Assembly (NCBI RefSeq): GCF_006345805.1
Contig: NC_043004.1
Coordinates: forward strand, 16,616,001 to 16,680,000
Length of the DNA: 64,000 nt
Source of the DNA: Octopus sinensis
Taxonomy: Eukaryota
Reading direction: 5' to 3'
Every line of letters starts with the position of its first letter. The first letter of the stretch is position 1. The notes under the pieces were generated by a model, which was not told the DNA's origin, ran no database searches, and worked only from the letters and a program-made list of their open reading frames with translations. The translations under genes were made by a program, and so were the position numbers. Below, piece after piece: positions 63,746 to 64,000 of this stretch.

Positions 63746-64000
63746 AAGACGTACTTACCTAGAATTGAACACTCTGACCACGCGTTTCGAGCTTATAGAA
63801 GCAGCAGCATTATGACATTTTCCACTAATCTAAAAGTCAAAAAATTAGCGGCTAGATTAATTCATCTCCCTGACGAAAGCAATCCATTTAACAGAGAATA
63901 CATCAGAAGATTTTTTTTCGTGTCATAAGCCTGTTTTGAATACTTGAAATAATCTTTTGAAGTTGAATTTAAATCACTGTTTAGTAATTTGAAAATTCGC

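Overview
AT-rich animal genomic DNA with no recognisable host exon, tRNA, rRNA or CRISPR array. The repeat content strongly suggests an Octopus or other cephalopod intergenic/intronic region (inference from the SINE, LINE and microsatellite families). The window is a mosaic of microsatellites and transposable elements: three mariner copies, an internally deleted Tc1, MULE-like remnants, several MITE/foldback palindromes, a 5'-truncated RTE-clade LINE, a near-full-length Dong/R4-clade (restriction-like endonuclease) LINE inside a cluster of (TAA)n-associated insertions, CR1-like tails and many tRNA-derived SINEs. The most striking signal is eight type I hammerhead-ribozyme (HHR) motifs from about five unrelated short non-coding repeat families. 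They have Penelope-like architecture (inverted arms, (TA)n-flanked). One family forms a 2.8-kb microsatellite-laden foldback with an HHR in each arm and has a second member 42 kb away with an identical 51-nt HHR. Most ORFs in the supplied track are microsatellite artefacts. All alignments, folds and identities were judged by eye.
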